A stretch of 45,799 bases of DNA. Origin: Jimgerdemannia flammicorona (lineage: Eukaryota). The stretch spans positions 1 to 45,799 of the forward strand of contig RBNJ01000059.1 in NCBI GenBank assembly GCA_003990765.1. The letters run 5' to 3'. Position 1 is the stretch's first letter. Every line of letters starts with the position of its first letter. A model generated the notes under the pieces. It searched no databases. It was not told where the DNA came from and worked only from the letters and a program-made list of their open reading frames with translations. The translations under genes and the position numbers were made by a program. Positions 1 through 12,187 of the stretch are shown here, one piece after another.

Positions 1-1869
1 AAAAAAAAACACCCGAACGAGAGAGAAAAAATATGGGTGTTATTGATGGATAGGCATGACTACCCGACAATGTCCTTGTGGAGCTTTTTATGCTAATGTG
101 GAGGCTTTCTCTATGTTTCACAATTCGCATTTCCATCTGCCCATTTCCTCTTCACTCTTGTTTTCGCAACACTATTTTAGGTATTTAGGTGACCTTATTG
201 ATACAGCATACCATGGAAGGCAATTGCAATATAGGGACCGTGGACCGGGTCGTCAGGAATTTACAGGTCGCCAGTTTGTGGATCGGGTCGTCAGAACCAT
301 GACTGTTTGTGAATTGCCGTTCAGTTTGTGACAGCTTGAAGCGTTTTTTTTTATTTTTTTTTATTTTTTTTTATTTTTCGTACCTTACCAAACGGCTAAC
401 CGTTGTTCCGCCTGTAAGGTCTCGCAATCATATTAACACATTTGACTTGTTACAGTGCGCGGAAATAAAGTTGTTATCTAATAGAAGTTAGTCTCGCCCA
501 GGAAAGGCAGTCACTAATATGTCACCTAAAATGATCGTGGTGCAGGACTAGACATGTAACCCATATTAAGAAAAATACTTCTCCAGGCCTACACTAAAAG
601 GATATCTGGACTACTTCAATGATCAAATTCTTGGATATATACACGTTGAAACCAAAAATGCTTTTCTAAAAGATATATCTAATAATGGTTACCATGAGGT
701 GAGAATGTCAAGCAGTCACAATCTGCAAGAATGTCAAGAATGTCTCACGCTTCTTATTTTTCAGCTGGTCAATGCACCCCCGCGTTGAGTCGGGTCTGTC
801 AAAATGCATAATAAAATATAATAAAATAAACAGTCATGCAAAAGTTCCGGAATGGTGACCATAGCGAAGTGATTGGTTGACGATCTAGGTCGGAGCGAAC
901 GGATGAGGCAGTTTCATATGGTGCTGGGTGGTGATAATCGATAATCAATATAGTAAACGGGAGACGTTTACGATGGTCTGAAGGTCGTCATGTGTATTCC
1001 ATGGGTCCGTGGGAGTTGAAGGGAAGCGATCTAGTTATGGCACAAGCTTATGTAATCACGCCATCTTCCACATCCGAATACTCCTCCACATATGAACTGG
1101 ACCTATTTCCTATTGCCAGGTATATACATACTATCTTTATCTCACTCTATCTCTGTCCACTATCATCCAAATCCCGGATTAAGATTTCGGCCTCTTTTCC
1201 CTTCATGCTCTGTTCTCAATAACACCCTACCGCCCATTGATTTTGAGAGATCTTCGTTCATGTTTACAATGACTCCTCCGACATCATGGGAACTATGCAG
1301 TCGGTATCTATGGCGTGATGATATCATCGCTGATCGGATGATTCGGACGTGAGGCGGAGTTGGCGTCCTGCAGCAGAAAGATGCCAACTATTTCTATTCC
1401 TAATCATTACATTCAAGCATAAATTGCTAGAACTAGCATGGTAATGCGACCAACGCATTTTGAGATGTAAAATATGGACAATTAATCCATTCATTCAATA
1501 AATACTTGAGATATATGTTATTGCACTATTTGCACTATTGAAAACAATTTATGTACCGTAGGGTATGTGTGAAACAGCCAATCTACAGTCGGCCTGGTGA
1601 CTTTTTAAAATGTGCACTTTTCTCATTCTAGTATCATGCAGAAATTCGAAGATTCTTTCCTGGATATAAATCTAAAAATCACTATTAATGTTAAAATTGC
1701 AAATGTTAAAACTCACTTGTTGAAACATTTCCTTTTTCAGAACTGGAAAATTAAAATCCACTTTGCATTCTATACTTCCAACCTCAATTATATTTTGTAA
1801 TAATTTGAAATAAATTCATTTTTAATAACTATCTACTAATTTATATTAAAAAAAGTAAAAGATTATGTT

Positions 1870-3610
1870 TCTCATTTAATTTAATCTTTTTAGGCTTTGG
1901 AACAGTTGGTTTTGGATATACTTTGTCTTGATTTTCATCTTGAATATAAGGTTGAATTTTTTCATAAAGATACTATGCTCTTTCTGATAAATATCTTTTA
2001 GCTTTAATTTTTTTAAGTTTTGATTCTTGAGAGAAAATATCAGAAATACTAATTAAAGAGTTTGATATTAATTTTATCCATTTACCACTTAGATCTATAG
2101 ACTATTTTTTTGGTTGAACCTGTTCAAGATAATCTATATCAAAGTAGAATTTATAGTATTTTGTAATACTCTTGATATCTTTAAAAAATTAATCTAAAAA
2201 AATTGATCATTGATAAAAGTAAACATTTTTGATACTATTAGTTTCTCTTATTAATTGTGGAATATTATGACTATTATAAGTAGATATTGAAATAATATTT
2301 ATAAGTTGATCTATAGTATCTACTTTAGATTTTCTAATATTATTATTAAAAAAATTATTAATTAATAATTATTAAATTAACTAATTAAAATTTAAAATAA
2401 AAATTATAGTTAATAAAAATTTAAAATTATATTTACTTCAGATTTATTTTAAAAAGTCCAAAAAATTTATCTAGACTAAACTTTATATATTTAGCTACTA
2501 TAAATCTCAATGTAATCTTTATATATAGCTTCATAATAATTCTCTAACATAAGTACTAAATTAAGATATTATTTTTATTTTGACTAGCACAGTTATTAGT
2601 ATGTAAAATAATTTCTTTAGTACTATATCTATAATAAGTAAAGTAGAAATAAAGCTAATAAATTTAAAATAAATAAAGTTAGTTAAAAGTCATATTTTAT
2701 TTTTAAATAATTTTATTAAAATTTATAAAATAAAATTAATATTTATTACTAACTTGTGAAATTACTATATCAGCTTCTTTTTTAATATAATATTGTTCTT
2801 TATTTAAGAAAATTACTTACTGAGGAATAGTATTATTATAAATACCAAATACTTATACTTTGATAGGTATCTTAAAATATATATCACTTTATATAATATA
2901 TAAATAATAATATTAGTAATTTTTTTTTATAAATATTATAACTATTATTTATATATAATTATTATTATTATATATCTCTTACTGACTTAAGAATGGAATC
3001 TAAACTTGTTGAGTATAATTAAATAAAAAATATAATATAAGATTATTTATATTGACAGAATTATTCTCTAAGATAACTTTTAGTCCTTCAAACTTATCAA
3101 TAAATACTCATGCTGTTTTGATATCTTCTTTATACTACTGTTATTCTACTATTGTATATTCATTATATTTCATCTATACTGAAATCTTTTTCTCTGTATT
3201 TTCAGAAGTTATCTCACTATGAAGTCTAAAGTAGTTTTTCTTATAAATAAAACAGAGATCACTTTAAGAAGATAGAAACTATATTTATAAATAGTATTAT
3301 TACTATAACTTTTAAAAGTATAGAAAGTAATAACTGTTGTATTGTTTTGTTTCTAGATATTATAAATATTTCTATAATCTATACTAACTAGTAAATATGT
3401 AATAACAACTTTATTATAATGAAAGCTTTATCTGAGTAATAGAAGACTATTAAAATTAGTATAGTGATAGATAAAAATAAATATCTAATAGTTAAAAAAA
3501 GATTTAATAAATATTAATATATATATAATTAATTTTACATAATAATAATAATAATAATAATATATATATATATTAACTAATCTTTAATATCTTCTCTTTA
3601 CTTAGTTGAT
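1870..3610 (-). pseudogene. Heavily mutated Sola-like (DUF7869-type) DNA transposase relic, 3' part, interrupted by element A
   Basis: Manual minus-strand translation gives decayed motifs SDLC, IYFK.P.K..VFGI....IPQ, ILH(A)(D)NCA(G)QNKNN..(W)YLC(W)R, F.VA(GHT)KFS(P)D.FFGLFK and a C-terminal LSERA(W)YLYEKIQPYIQ...KV(C)PKPTVPKP; deviations are mostly C>T/G>A changes. AT-rich blocks between motifs may be introns. Family assignment is from motif recognition only. Confidence 0.65.
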
Positions 3611-5659
3611 TGTAAGAGAGTTACTTGTTAGAGTAACTATTACATAGTTCTGAAAGAGTTTTCTGGAAGTTCTGGATATTCTGGAAGACTGTTTTCTTAA
3701 GGTCAAGATTAATTTTGTATGGAGTATATCCTCTACACTTATTGATTTCAAAATTGAGTTGATGTCTCAACCAAAGTCCCTTTTCAGACTAGTTCTGAAT
3801 ATTCAGAATTTTCTATATTTTAGGAAGTTTGAGAAACTAAGACTAGCTTAGTTAAATTAGTGTATTGCTGTAGACAATACTTAATTAGGAAACTTCATAA
3901 TAGAGTTAGGAGTGGGACCTAATAGAGAATGAATTTACTTAAGAGTGAGTTGTGGGTTATTAAATAGGTTTATTTGCTATTTATGATATTACTATACTAG
4001 GAGTAGTTGTGTAAAGGAGTATTGTGGAGAAGTATTCAGAAATGTTCTTATATATTTGAGTTTGAGATTTTGAGGTCTAAGAGAGGGGGTATTTATACTA
4101 GTGAGGAGCTATCTGGACTATGCTAAATATGGGTGTAGCACTTAATACATATCTTGCTGAGTCAGAATATAGTTACATAGTACAAGTATGATCTGATATA
4201 TCAAGAGATCATCTGATTGCTGAGTTAGTTCACAGTCATATTATATAAGGCTAATTTAACTATACTATGACTACCAAGCTATCTATAGATTTAAATGCTA
4301 TCTGGATAGTCTTGGATGACATTACTATTGATGACATCATCTCTAATGAAGTAGTCATCTAGGAAGAGTTGTTCATGGATTAACTCTCTTTATTCACTGA
4401 GGTAATAATACATTAGGACTTCATCACTATCCCATAGAATAGTATCATCAGTCTTGTATGCTGAGTAAGGTATTGGTGGGCAAAAGAGGGATACATTATC
4501 TTCACTTTCATCAGATTCACTATCTGTATACCTTCTATAAGTTATGGTACTATGAGTTGCTGGGTTGTAGTAAGCTGATGGCTGTAGTTCATGTTACTTG
4601 TACTCAGGTGGTAGAGTTGTTGATTCGATCTCGAGAGTTGTCTGAAGGTATAGATTGTGTTCTCTGGTTTCTTCATTATAGTTAAAGTAATCAGGGGTAA
4701 ATACAGGTTAGTATTCATACCAGTGATCATTGTCTCAATAAGTTTTATAAGTAGTTATGAACTGTTGTAAGTTCATCAGTAAGGTTGGTGGTATAATCAG
4801 AGTTGGCAGGGATCCTTGGCTTGAGGTCATATCAGCATCAGAGGGATTATTATCTTCTGCTTCATCTTTATCAAATCAGATTATATTATAGATATCCTTT
4901 ATAGTATATCTGACTTGAGGCATTTGCAAGATATAGTTATCAGAGTATAGAAAGATTCTGTTTATAGTCTCAACATACTCAAGGTACTTGTAGTTGAGTT
5001 CTTATATTATGTCATCTATTTGGCTATAGGACAGAGTAGCAACCATTTTGGTAGTAGTAACTTGGAGATAGGGAATAACAGTGCTATACTCATAGAAGAG
5101 TTCTCAATATTTGTGGGCAATGAGTTTCTGGTATTGAGACATCTGGGTAATGTCTGTATCATGATGGTGTTCGACCATATCTTCCAGGAGGCAGCCAATC
5201 TAATAGTAGCTTAAGATTTGTCCAATTTAGTAGGCTTCACTAAGCATATTTAGGGTATTCCATTGGGCTTCCACAAAGTAGAGAGGTGCTAAGCTATAGA
5301 TGTTCATGAGGGGCAGAGGGGGTGTGGCTCAGTTGACAATGGCATTCTAAATATCAGCATGGATGTGGTTGTAGATCTCAGTGGTTATATTTGTATATAT
5401 TCAGGAGTTATAGTTATATATTTGATTTGTTTTAGTTCTCCATTTTTATATGTCTCAGTACTTAGTATATATGTATTTGGTCCTGATTGGTAAGATCCCA
5501 TTTATATAAATCTTATATTCTGTGACTTCATATTGACTTAGCTTTGTATGCTGTGACTTGGTTTGATTTTCCAGATTTGTTCAGAGGTCACCTGTGATTT
5601 CAGTAGCTTGTTCTGAGGATGATGTGTGATTTTGGTGGCTTAGAGGTTGTGTGCTTACA
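3611..5659 (-). repeat. Element A 3' LTR (2049 bp)
   Basis: Begins tgtaag, ends cttaca; colinear with 12188-14250; adjacent purine tract on the minus strand. Confidence 0.95.
4291..5388 (-). pseudogene. LTR(U3)-embedded accessory ORF, ~365 codons, copy in 3' LTR of A
   Basis: One frame from ATA (ATG in the other LTR) to TAA 4291-4293; most internal stops are sense codons in the other LTR copy; contains QIGQI.SYY.IGCLLE and an acidic C-terminal half. Confidence 0.7.
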
Positions 5660-5673
5660 ACTCTCCCCTTTTT
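5660..5673 (-). promoter_or_regulatory. Polypurine tract of element A
   Basis: Minus strand reads AAAAAGGGGAGAGT immediately before TGTAAG of the 3' LTR. Confidence 0.85.
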
Positions 5674-6109
5674 AGCTTTCAATATCCTCATTGGGGTCTT
5701 CTAATTTATTCTAGTATTGTTACACCATTTGGAAGGTCAAAAGTCTAGTAAAGTCCATTTTTTTCAGAAAGTGGCATGCTTGTAGTATAGTTGCCTAATG
5801 TATTAGATTCATATATTAAAGAGTCATATGTTCAATACTGTGTACTGGAAGTAATTCTGATATCATTCACTGCTGGAGAATTTCCCCTAAAAAATCTTCT
5901 TAAATGTCTGTGCCTTATTTCCCACCAGTGATATGAGGAGAATAGGCTTACTTTCAGTTTTGCTATTTTTCCAGAGAGTCAGTATTCTTTTGTCTTGACT
6001 TGCTAAGTTCTTGATTTTGTTCATGATAATTATAATGTTTGGGAGAGTAATATATAGTATATACTGATAGATGTAGAATATTTGGTTTTAGTTGTTCAAG
6101 GAATCATAT

Positions 6110-6262
6110 TCCTGAACTAAGTCAGTAACATTCTGGAGATTGGTCTTAGGTTCCCAGATTGTATTATAGGTTGGGTAACCTTTCCATTTGACAAGGTACT
6201 CAGAGTAGTTCTTGTGGCCATGTTTGTTGAGGATTTGTTCAACTTTGTACTCTTCTTAGTCA
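6110..6262 (-). pseudogene. Integrase C-terminal chromodomain of A
   Basis: EEYKVEQILNKHGHKNYSEYLVKWKGYPTYNTIWEPKTNL, a chromodomain signature. Confidence 0.9.
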
Positions 6263-9200
6263 TTGATAATGACAGATACAGATGGTTCTGTGGTTTAGTT
6301 TGGGAATAACTCATCATTGTTTTCATTATATTACTTGAGATATTGGATATTAAAGACTGAGTGAATCCTAATGGTATCTGATAGTACTAATTTATAGGAA
6401 GTAGAAGAGACTTGTACAATAACTTCAAATGGTCCAATAAACTTACTGTTCAGTTTTGTAGATGGTCTGTACTTGAGGTTGTCAACTTAGTATCCTCAGA
6501 TGTCTAGTAAGACTTTTTCTCCAATATCAAAAGTCTCTTCTCAGCAGTATTGGTTGACATACTGTGACTGTTATTCTTGAGCTTATGATAAATTCTCAAT
6601 TACAATCTGGCTTAGATTGCATATTCAGAACAGAAATTCTTCAACTGCTTCAACTGTAGAGAATTCATCAGTAGTTTGGATAAGTATCAGAGAGGTGTTT
6701 GGATTTTGTCCAGTATTGGTGAAGAATGGGGTCATTCCAAGAGAGACTTGCTTGCTATTATTATAGGCAAACTCAATTGTAGTAAGGTGTTCATGCCAAT
6801 TATCTTGTCTGTAGAAAATATAGTTCCTTAGCATTTGTTCCAGAGTTTGGTTCATTCTTTCAGTTTGGCCATCTATTTCAGAGTGAAAGGCTGTAGATAG
6901 TGCAAGTTTTGTTTCAAGATATATATGGAGAATCTTCCAAAAATAGCTGGTGAATTTTGGGTCTTGGTTACTAATAATAATCTTAAGAAGACCATGATAG
7001 TGAAATATGTTGTCAAACAAGAGTATAGCTATGTCTGGTACTATTGTGATAGTAGTAGTTGGTATGAAGTGAGCTTGTTTGCTGAGATAGTCCATGAAAA
7101 CAATAATTGCATCTTTTTTATTCTTAGTTTGGAGTAGTTATATAATAAAGTCTATAGAGATTTATTCCCAATTAGTAGATGGTACTAGGATGGAGTGAAG
7201 TAGGCCAGGTTTTGCTAATATTGAGAACTTGTTACATTGGCAGGCATCACTGGAAGTGATATAGATCTTTAGCTAATCTGCTATGTGGGGCCAATAGAAG
7301 TTTTGAGAGATAACTTTTATAGCATTTGTCAAATCCTAAATATCCAGCTGTAGGGGCATCATGACATTCGAATAGAATAGTCCTTTGGAGGTCTCAGTTG
7401 TTTAGAATATACAATCTATCCTTATAGTAGATTGCATTATTCTTCAGTTGGTATTGATGATACTGGGTATGTTTATCAGTATTGTCACTGCTTAGAATTT
7501 CTTAGAGTACTTGAGCTTCTTTATCATTAGCATATACTGTAATAATTTATTCTATGATAGAGTTTGTAACCAAGATGAGAGTTTGGATAACTTCTTTAAT
7601 TAGTGGTCTGGAGATTGTATTGGTAATAACATTTTTCTTACCAGAGTGATGCTGGATTTCATAGTCAAAGTTGGTGAGAACTTTCATCCATCTGGCTTGT
7701 TTTTGGGAAAGAGTAGCTTGGGTCTTGATGTTGACTAATGACTTGTGGTCAGTCAATATGGTGAAGTATGCTCTTTTTAGATATAGTTGCTATTTGATCA
7801 GAGTGTTCATGATGGCTAACATTTCCTTCTTATGAGTTATATAGTTGATTTCAGCATTATTGAACTTTCAAGAGTGATAGGCCACAGGGTGTCCTTCTTT
7901 ATAAGTATTGCTCCAAGGGCTAGGTCAGAAGTATCCATAGTAACTTCATATGGTAGGGCAGAATTTGCTGCTTGAAGTATTAGAGTAGTTATCAAGGCAT
8001 CTTTTAGTACTTGAAAGGCAGTATCTTGTTCAGATCCCCAATTTATAAGATTGTTGAAGTCTTTTTCTTATTTCATAGTCCAGGGCTGTTCTTCTTTCTT
8101 ACTGTACTTGATCATTTGGGTAAGGGCAGTAGCAATCTTGGTAAAGTTGGCAACAAATCATCTGTAATAGTTTGCTAATCCCAGGAATAATTGGAGATCT
8201 TTTAGCTTCTTTGGTCTGGGCCAATCCTTGATTGCAGAGATTTTGCTAGGGTTCACTTTGATTCCATTTGGTATGATAATATGTCCAAGGAATTGAATTT
8301 CTTTCAGGAGAAATTCATATTTGCTAAGTTTTGCAAAGAGTCAGTTTTCTCAGAGTTTTAGTAGTATTAGTTCAAGATATTCAAGATATTTCTCTAAGGT
8401 TTTGCTGAAGACTAGGATGTCATCAATATAGATAATAACAAATTTGTTTAGATATGGGTGCAGGATCATATTCATCAGGGTCTAGAAGATTGTAGGGGTA
8501 TTAGTTAAGCTAAAGAGTATAACCAGGAACTTGAAGTATCCATAGCAAGTTTGGAAGACTGTCTTGTAGATATGTATCTTCTTCTTTCATAGTAATTTGC
8601 CAGTAACTATTTTATAGGTCAAAAGAGCTCATAAATTATGGGTTGGTAAGTCTATCAAATATTTCATCAATTCTGGATAGTGGGCAACAGTTCTTAATAG
8701 TCTGTTCATTGAGGTTATAGTAATCAATGCACATTTATAGGTCTCCTCCTTTCTTCACAATGAAGAGGACTGGTGCAACATAGGGTGATACACTGGGTCT
8801 GATGAATCCTTGTTATAGGAGTTTATTGATTTCTTTCTTGAGTACATCAATTTCTCTCAGAGATATATAGTAGATTGACTTGAAGGCTGGCTTAGCATCT
8901 GGGATAGTCTTGATGGCATGATCTACTGCTTATTTAAGAGATAGGTCTTTTGGAAGTTTCTTTGGAAATATGTCTCAGAATTTCTAGAGTAGAGATCTAA
9001 CATGGCTGTCAACTTTGAAAAAGTCTTCTTCAGAGTTCTCGGGTTTTCCTTTGGATGGGTGGATGGAGATGGTAAAGAGAGAGCATTTCTTGGCCAATTT
9101 CTTGAGCTGTAGCTTATTGATATGGGTGATCTTTAGTCCAGAGTTACTAGAGCTGAGTGGGTCCTTTTTACCTTGCAGTTTGAAGTTGTGGCATCCTTTC

Positions 9201-9540
9201 TTAATGATCAGAGAATGATTTACCCAATTGATCATGGGGTTCTCTTATTTCAACTATAGGGTTCTAAGAATGATTTCATTGTCAGAGAGTAGTACAATAT
9301 GGAGGGTAATATGTACTCAGTAGTCACCAATTCAGAAGGGTAGATTGTGGACTTTCTTGCTAATGATATATGAGATTCTATCAGCTGTGGCAACTGCTTG
9401 AGTTTGTTGTACCAGAGAGGTGAAGACCTTGAGTCTATTGGCTGTTTCTTTATTGATGAAATTGCCTGAGGCACTACTGTCTATCATAATCTTGACAGGT
9501 GTTCAGTTGACAAAAGCTTGAAGTGTAAGCAGTTTGTCTA
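6263..9540 (-). pseudogene. pol: pol of A: protease, reverse transcriptase, RNase H, integrase (stops and frameshifts)
   Basis: IMIDSSASGNF (protease, ~9465-9500), YIDD (~8419-8430), TDHKSL..W...L..FDYEI.H..GKKN (RNase H), and integrase core ...STAFHSEIDGQTERMNQTLEQMLR (ORF 6625-7095). Confidence 0.92.
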
Positions 9541-9744
9541 ATCCAATGGTAGTGATTTCAGTTATAGGAGCTTTCCTTCTGTTAGTTCTTCTTTGAGCCA
9601 ATTTATTGACATACAAGAAGTAATCATCAATCATTCAGGAAGAGTACATTTCAATATCATGAGGGCATCAGCCACTTGATATATATCTATCTTCAATTTT
9701 CTTATAGAATTATTCTTCTTTATTTATGGTAGGTTGGGCTGAGG

Positions 9745-10160
9745 CCTTATTTGATGAATCAAATCCTTTAGATCCTCAGATAGTGGGTAGTAGTTCAGGG
9801 ACTTCCTTGACTATCAGAGTTGACTCAATTTTTTTGAATAGGATCTGGGTAATGCAGAAATCAATGGAAATCTTGAAGAGTATCCAACTATGGTTTCAGA
9901 TGAGGACAATAATTTCACCTGTATAATCTTTGTCAATGACTCCTTCTTCTACTGAGAGTCCTTTCAATACTAGACTGCTATGATAGCATATCCTTCCAAT
10001 ATGTCCTTCAGAGATTTGGATGCTAATTCCTATATAGACTTGCTTGACTTCTCAGTTGGAAACTGTAGCTTCTTCAGCTGCATACAGATCATATCCAGCT
10101 GCCTTTTGACTTCCTTTGGTTGGGGCCTTGGCAGTTTACCTTAACTTGACAAAGTCTAGT
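9745..10160 (-). pseudogene. dut: dUTPase domain of A, in frame directly after the gag zinc knuckle and upstream of protease
   Basis: KAPTKGSQKAAGYDLYAAE...GRIC..SSL..KGLSVEEGVIDKDYTGEII...GF.SS, i.e. the trimeric dUTPase motifs. Confidence 0.9.
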
Positions 10161-10224
10161 ATTCTAGTAGTCAGATTATTGAGGTGGTATAGAGTAGTAA
10201 CAGTTGCTCATATTGCTGTTTGGG

Positions 10225-12100
10225 GTTTTCAGTTAGGGCAGGTACTGGCTATGTGTCCTGTTTTTCAGCAATAGAAGTATGCTCTGCTTCTTCAAAGTTC
10301 ATTTCTTTCTCCTTCAGTGAGTTTCTTGAAGGTACTCAGCTGGGTGGGTTTATGATTTCTGAGTGTCTATGATGTAAATATAGAGGGAGCTCAAGATACT
10401 TCATACTTAGGTTCTTCTTTCTTAGTCCAAGTCTTTTCCTTGTTGTTGAATTGTCTTTGAGACAGAATTGGTCCAGCTGTTAGAATTCGCTTGACCATAG
10501 TCTTGATTTTTGCCAGGTACTATTGTTGGTGGTTGCAACTAACTGGACATCCTTGTTCTTGGATTTTTCTTGTAAGCCATTCAGATAGTGCATTGAATAG
10601 ATGGTCTGCTCTTGTATTATTTTGTACTTTATTATTGGCAATATATTCTAGGCCAATAGTGTTCAGGAGTGACTCAAGTTTTGTACAGAAGGGTTTGAAT
10701 TCTTTCTTACTATATATATTGAATTTGAGGTTATAGAGTTTTACTCAATATTCAGTAATCATGGTTTTGCTATGGTATTGAGCAATTATGAGTTGTTTTA
10801 GTCCAGGGGCTACAGGATGAGCTCTATATCCTGGGGCATTGTTTGCTACATTTTGAGCAACTACTACAAGTCAGATATCCCATATGAGGGGTTTTTTTAG
10901 GAAGAGTTCATCACTATTCTTTGGTAGGTCCTTGGAAGAATGTAACAACTTGGCAGATATAGACTGTAGTGGTAGCAAAGAGTTGTTCCAGAGTGTGGTC
11001 TTAATTGTTTGTCAGAAGATAGTCAGCAACTTGCTCATTTGTCCATTGGTTGGCTTCAAAGTTGATATCAACTATACTAATGAAGCTTTGGGCTTCTTGT
11101 GTAGTACTATTGAAGATAGATAGACTCAGATTTTTGATTGGTCAGGTCTGTTCAGCTAAGATAGTAATGGTTGTTGCCATTATTACTACCTGGGCTGTAA
11201 GGTCTAGAATCTGTTAATTTACCATATTGTTTGCTGGAGGCAATTAGACTGCTGGTAGTGATATTACTGATACTACTTGAGGTACTGGTACAGTGTGTGA
11301 GAGTGTTCTTTGAGTTTGTATAAGTTAATAGAGTAGTAGTTATGGGTCTGGAGTAAGGGCTCAATAGATAGCTATCTGTTGCTATATAGGTGTATTCTGT
11401 TCTGATAGAGGTATATCTCCTTCAGTAGTATATCTGAGATCAAATTTACTGAGATACTCCTCCTCCTCTTTGGCTTGGTTTCTATATAGTTGGGTTTGCT
11501 CAGTGTCAAAGTAGATAGAATCAGTTGTATATCTGATTTCAGAAGGACTTAATTCAAAGTCAAGTTCTGGTTTGGTATTGGTTTCAGGTTCAGATAGAGC
11601 TGTAGCAGGACCTGCTTCTAGTTCAGGGTCAGGTTGTTGATGAAAGATTTCTCTTACTTCTTTCTTAAGAATATAGCAGGCCTTACTGTTCTGAAATTGG
11701 TAGTATAATGCAGTCTTGGTCCTAGTATGGTGAAAGTCAGTAGAGTTGAGCCACTTGGCTATAGAGGCTTGGGCTTTATGAGAAACTAAGGCTAGAAAGA
11801 CTGCTGCTGGTTGTCCTAGGTCACTCAGATTTGTAGAGCTAACAAAACTCTTATTGAGAAGAGTAAAGAAGGCTTCTATAAGACCTTCTTTATCTTGACT
11901 TGTAGGGTGTAGGGTAAGGAGTTTGGTGAATAAGGTTTCACCTATCTGCTGATTTAATCAGAGTACTTCTTTCTTTGAATGAAGTTTGTCCCACTTGTTG
12001 CAGGTGTGGAGGTCAAATTGTCCTTGTACATCAGGTTCAATTCTCTCCAGATTGTCAGATGGTTCAGGATAAATTCCAGTTTAGAGGTTGGGTTTTATAT
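10225..12100 (-). pseudogene. gag: gag of A with C-terminal CCHC zinc knuckle
   Basis: (C)FYC(R)KTGHIASTCP at ~10230-10280; gag-like EAQSFISIVDINFEA segment; position between PBS and pol. The 5' limit is approximate. Confidence 0.75.
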
Positions 12101-12170
12101 CAACTTGTAGGAATTCTCAGAGAGGTTTGTAGCAGAGTGAGGAAGCATCTTGAAGCAGAATTGGATTGTA

Positions 12171-12184
12171 AACTACTGCTACTA
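12171..12184 (-). promoter_or_regulatory. Primer binding site of A, probably initiator tRNA-Met
   Basis: TAGTAGCAGTAGTT three bases inside the 5' LTR boundary, one G>A change from the TGGTAGCAG start of iMet-type PBS. Confidence 0.6.
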
Positions 12185-12187
12185 AGT

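Noticed and set aside
240-296. 17-bp direct repeat GTGGA(C/T)CGGGTCGTCAG
   Set aside because: Only two copies and no supporting context; not a CRISPR or an identifiable regulatory array.
56-1400. Short ORFs in the CpG-normal left flank (56-331, 992-1352, 1163-1387)
   Set aside because: No recognisable domains, overlapping frames and no convincing splice structure; a host gene cannot be supported.
1555-1660. Terminal inverted repeat of the Sola-like element at the CpG boundary
   Set aside because: Plausible position, but no partner repeat is present in the window to confirm it.
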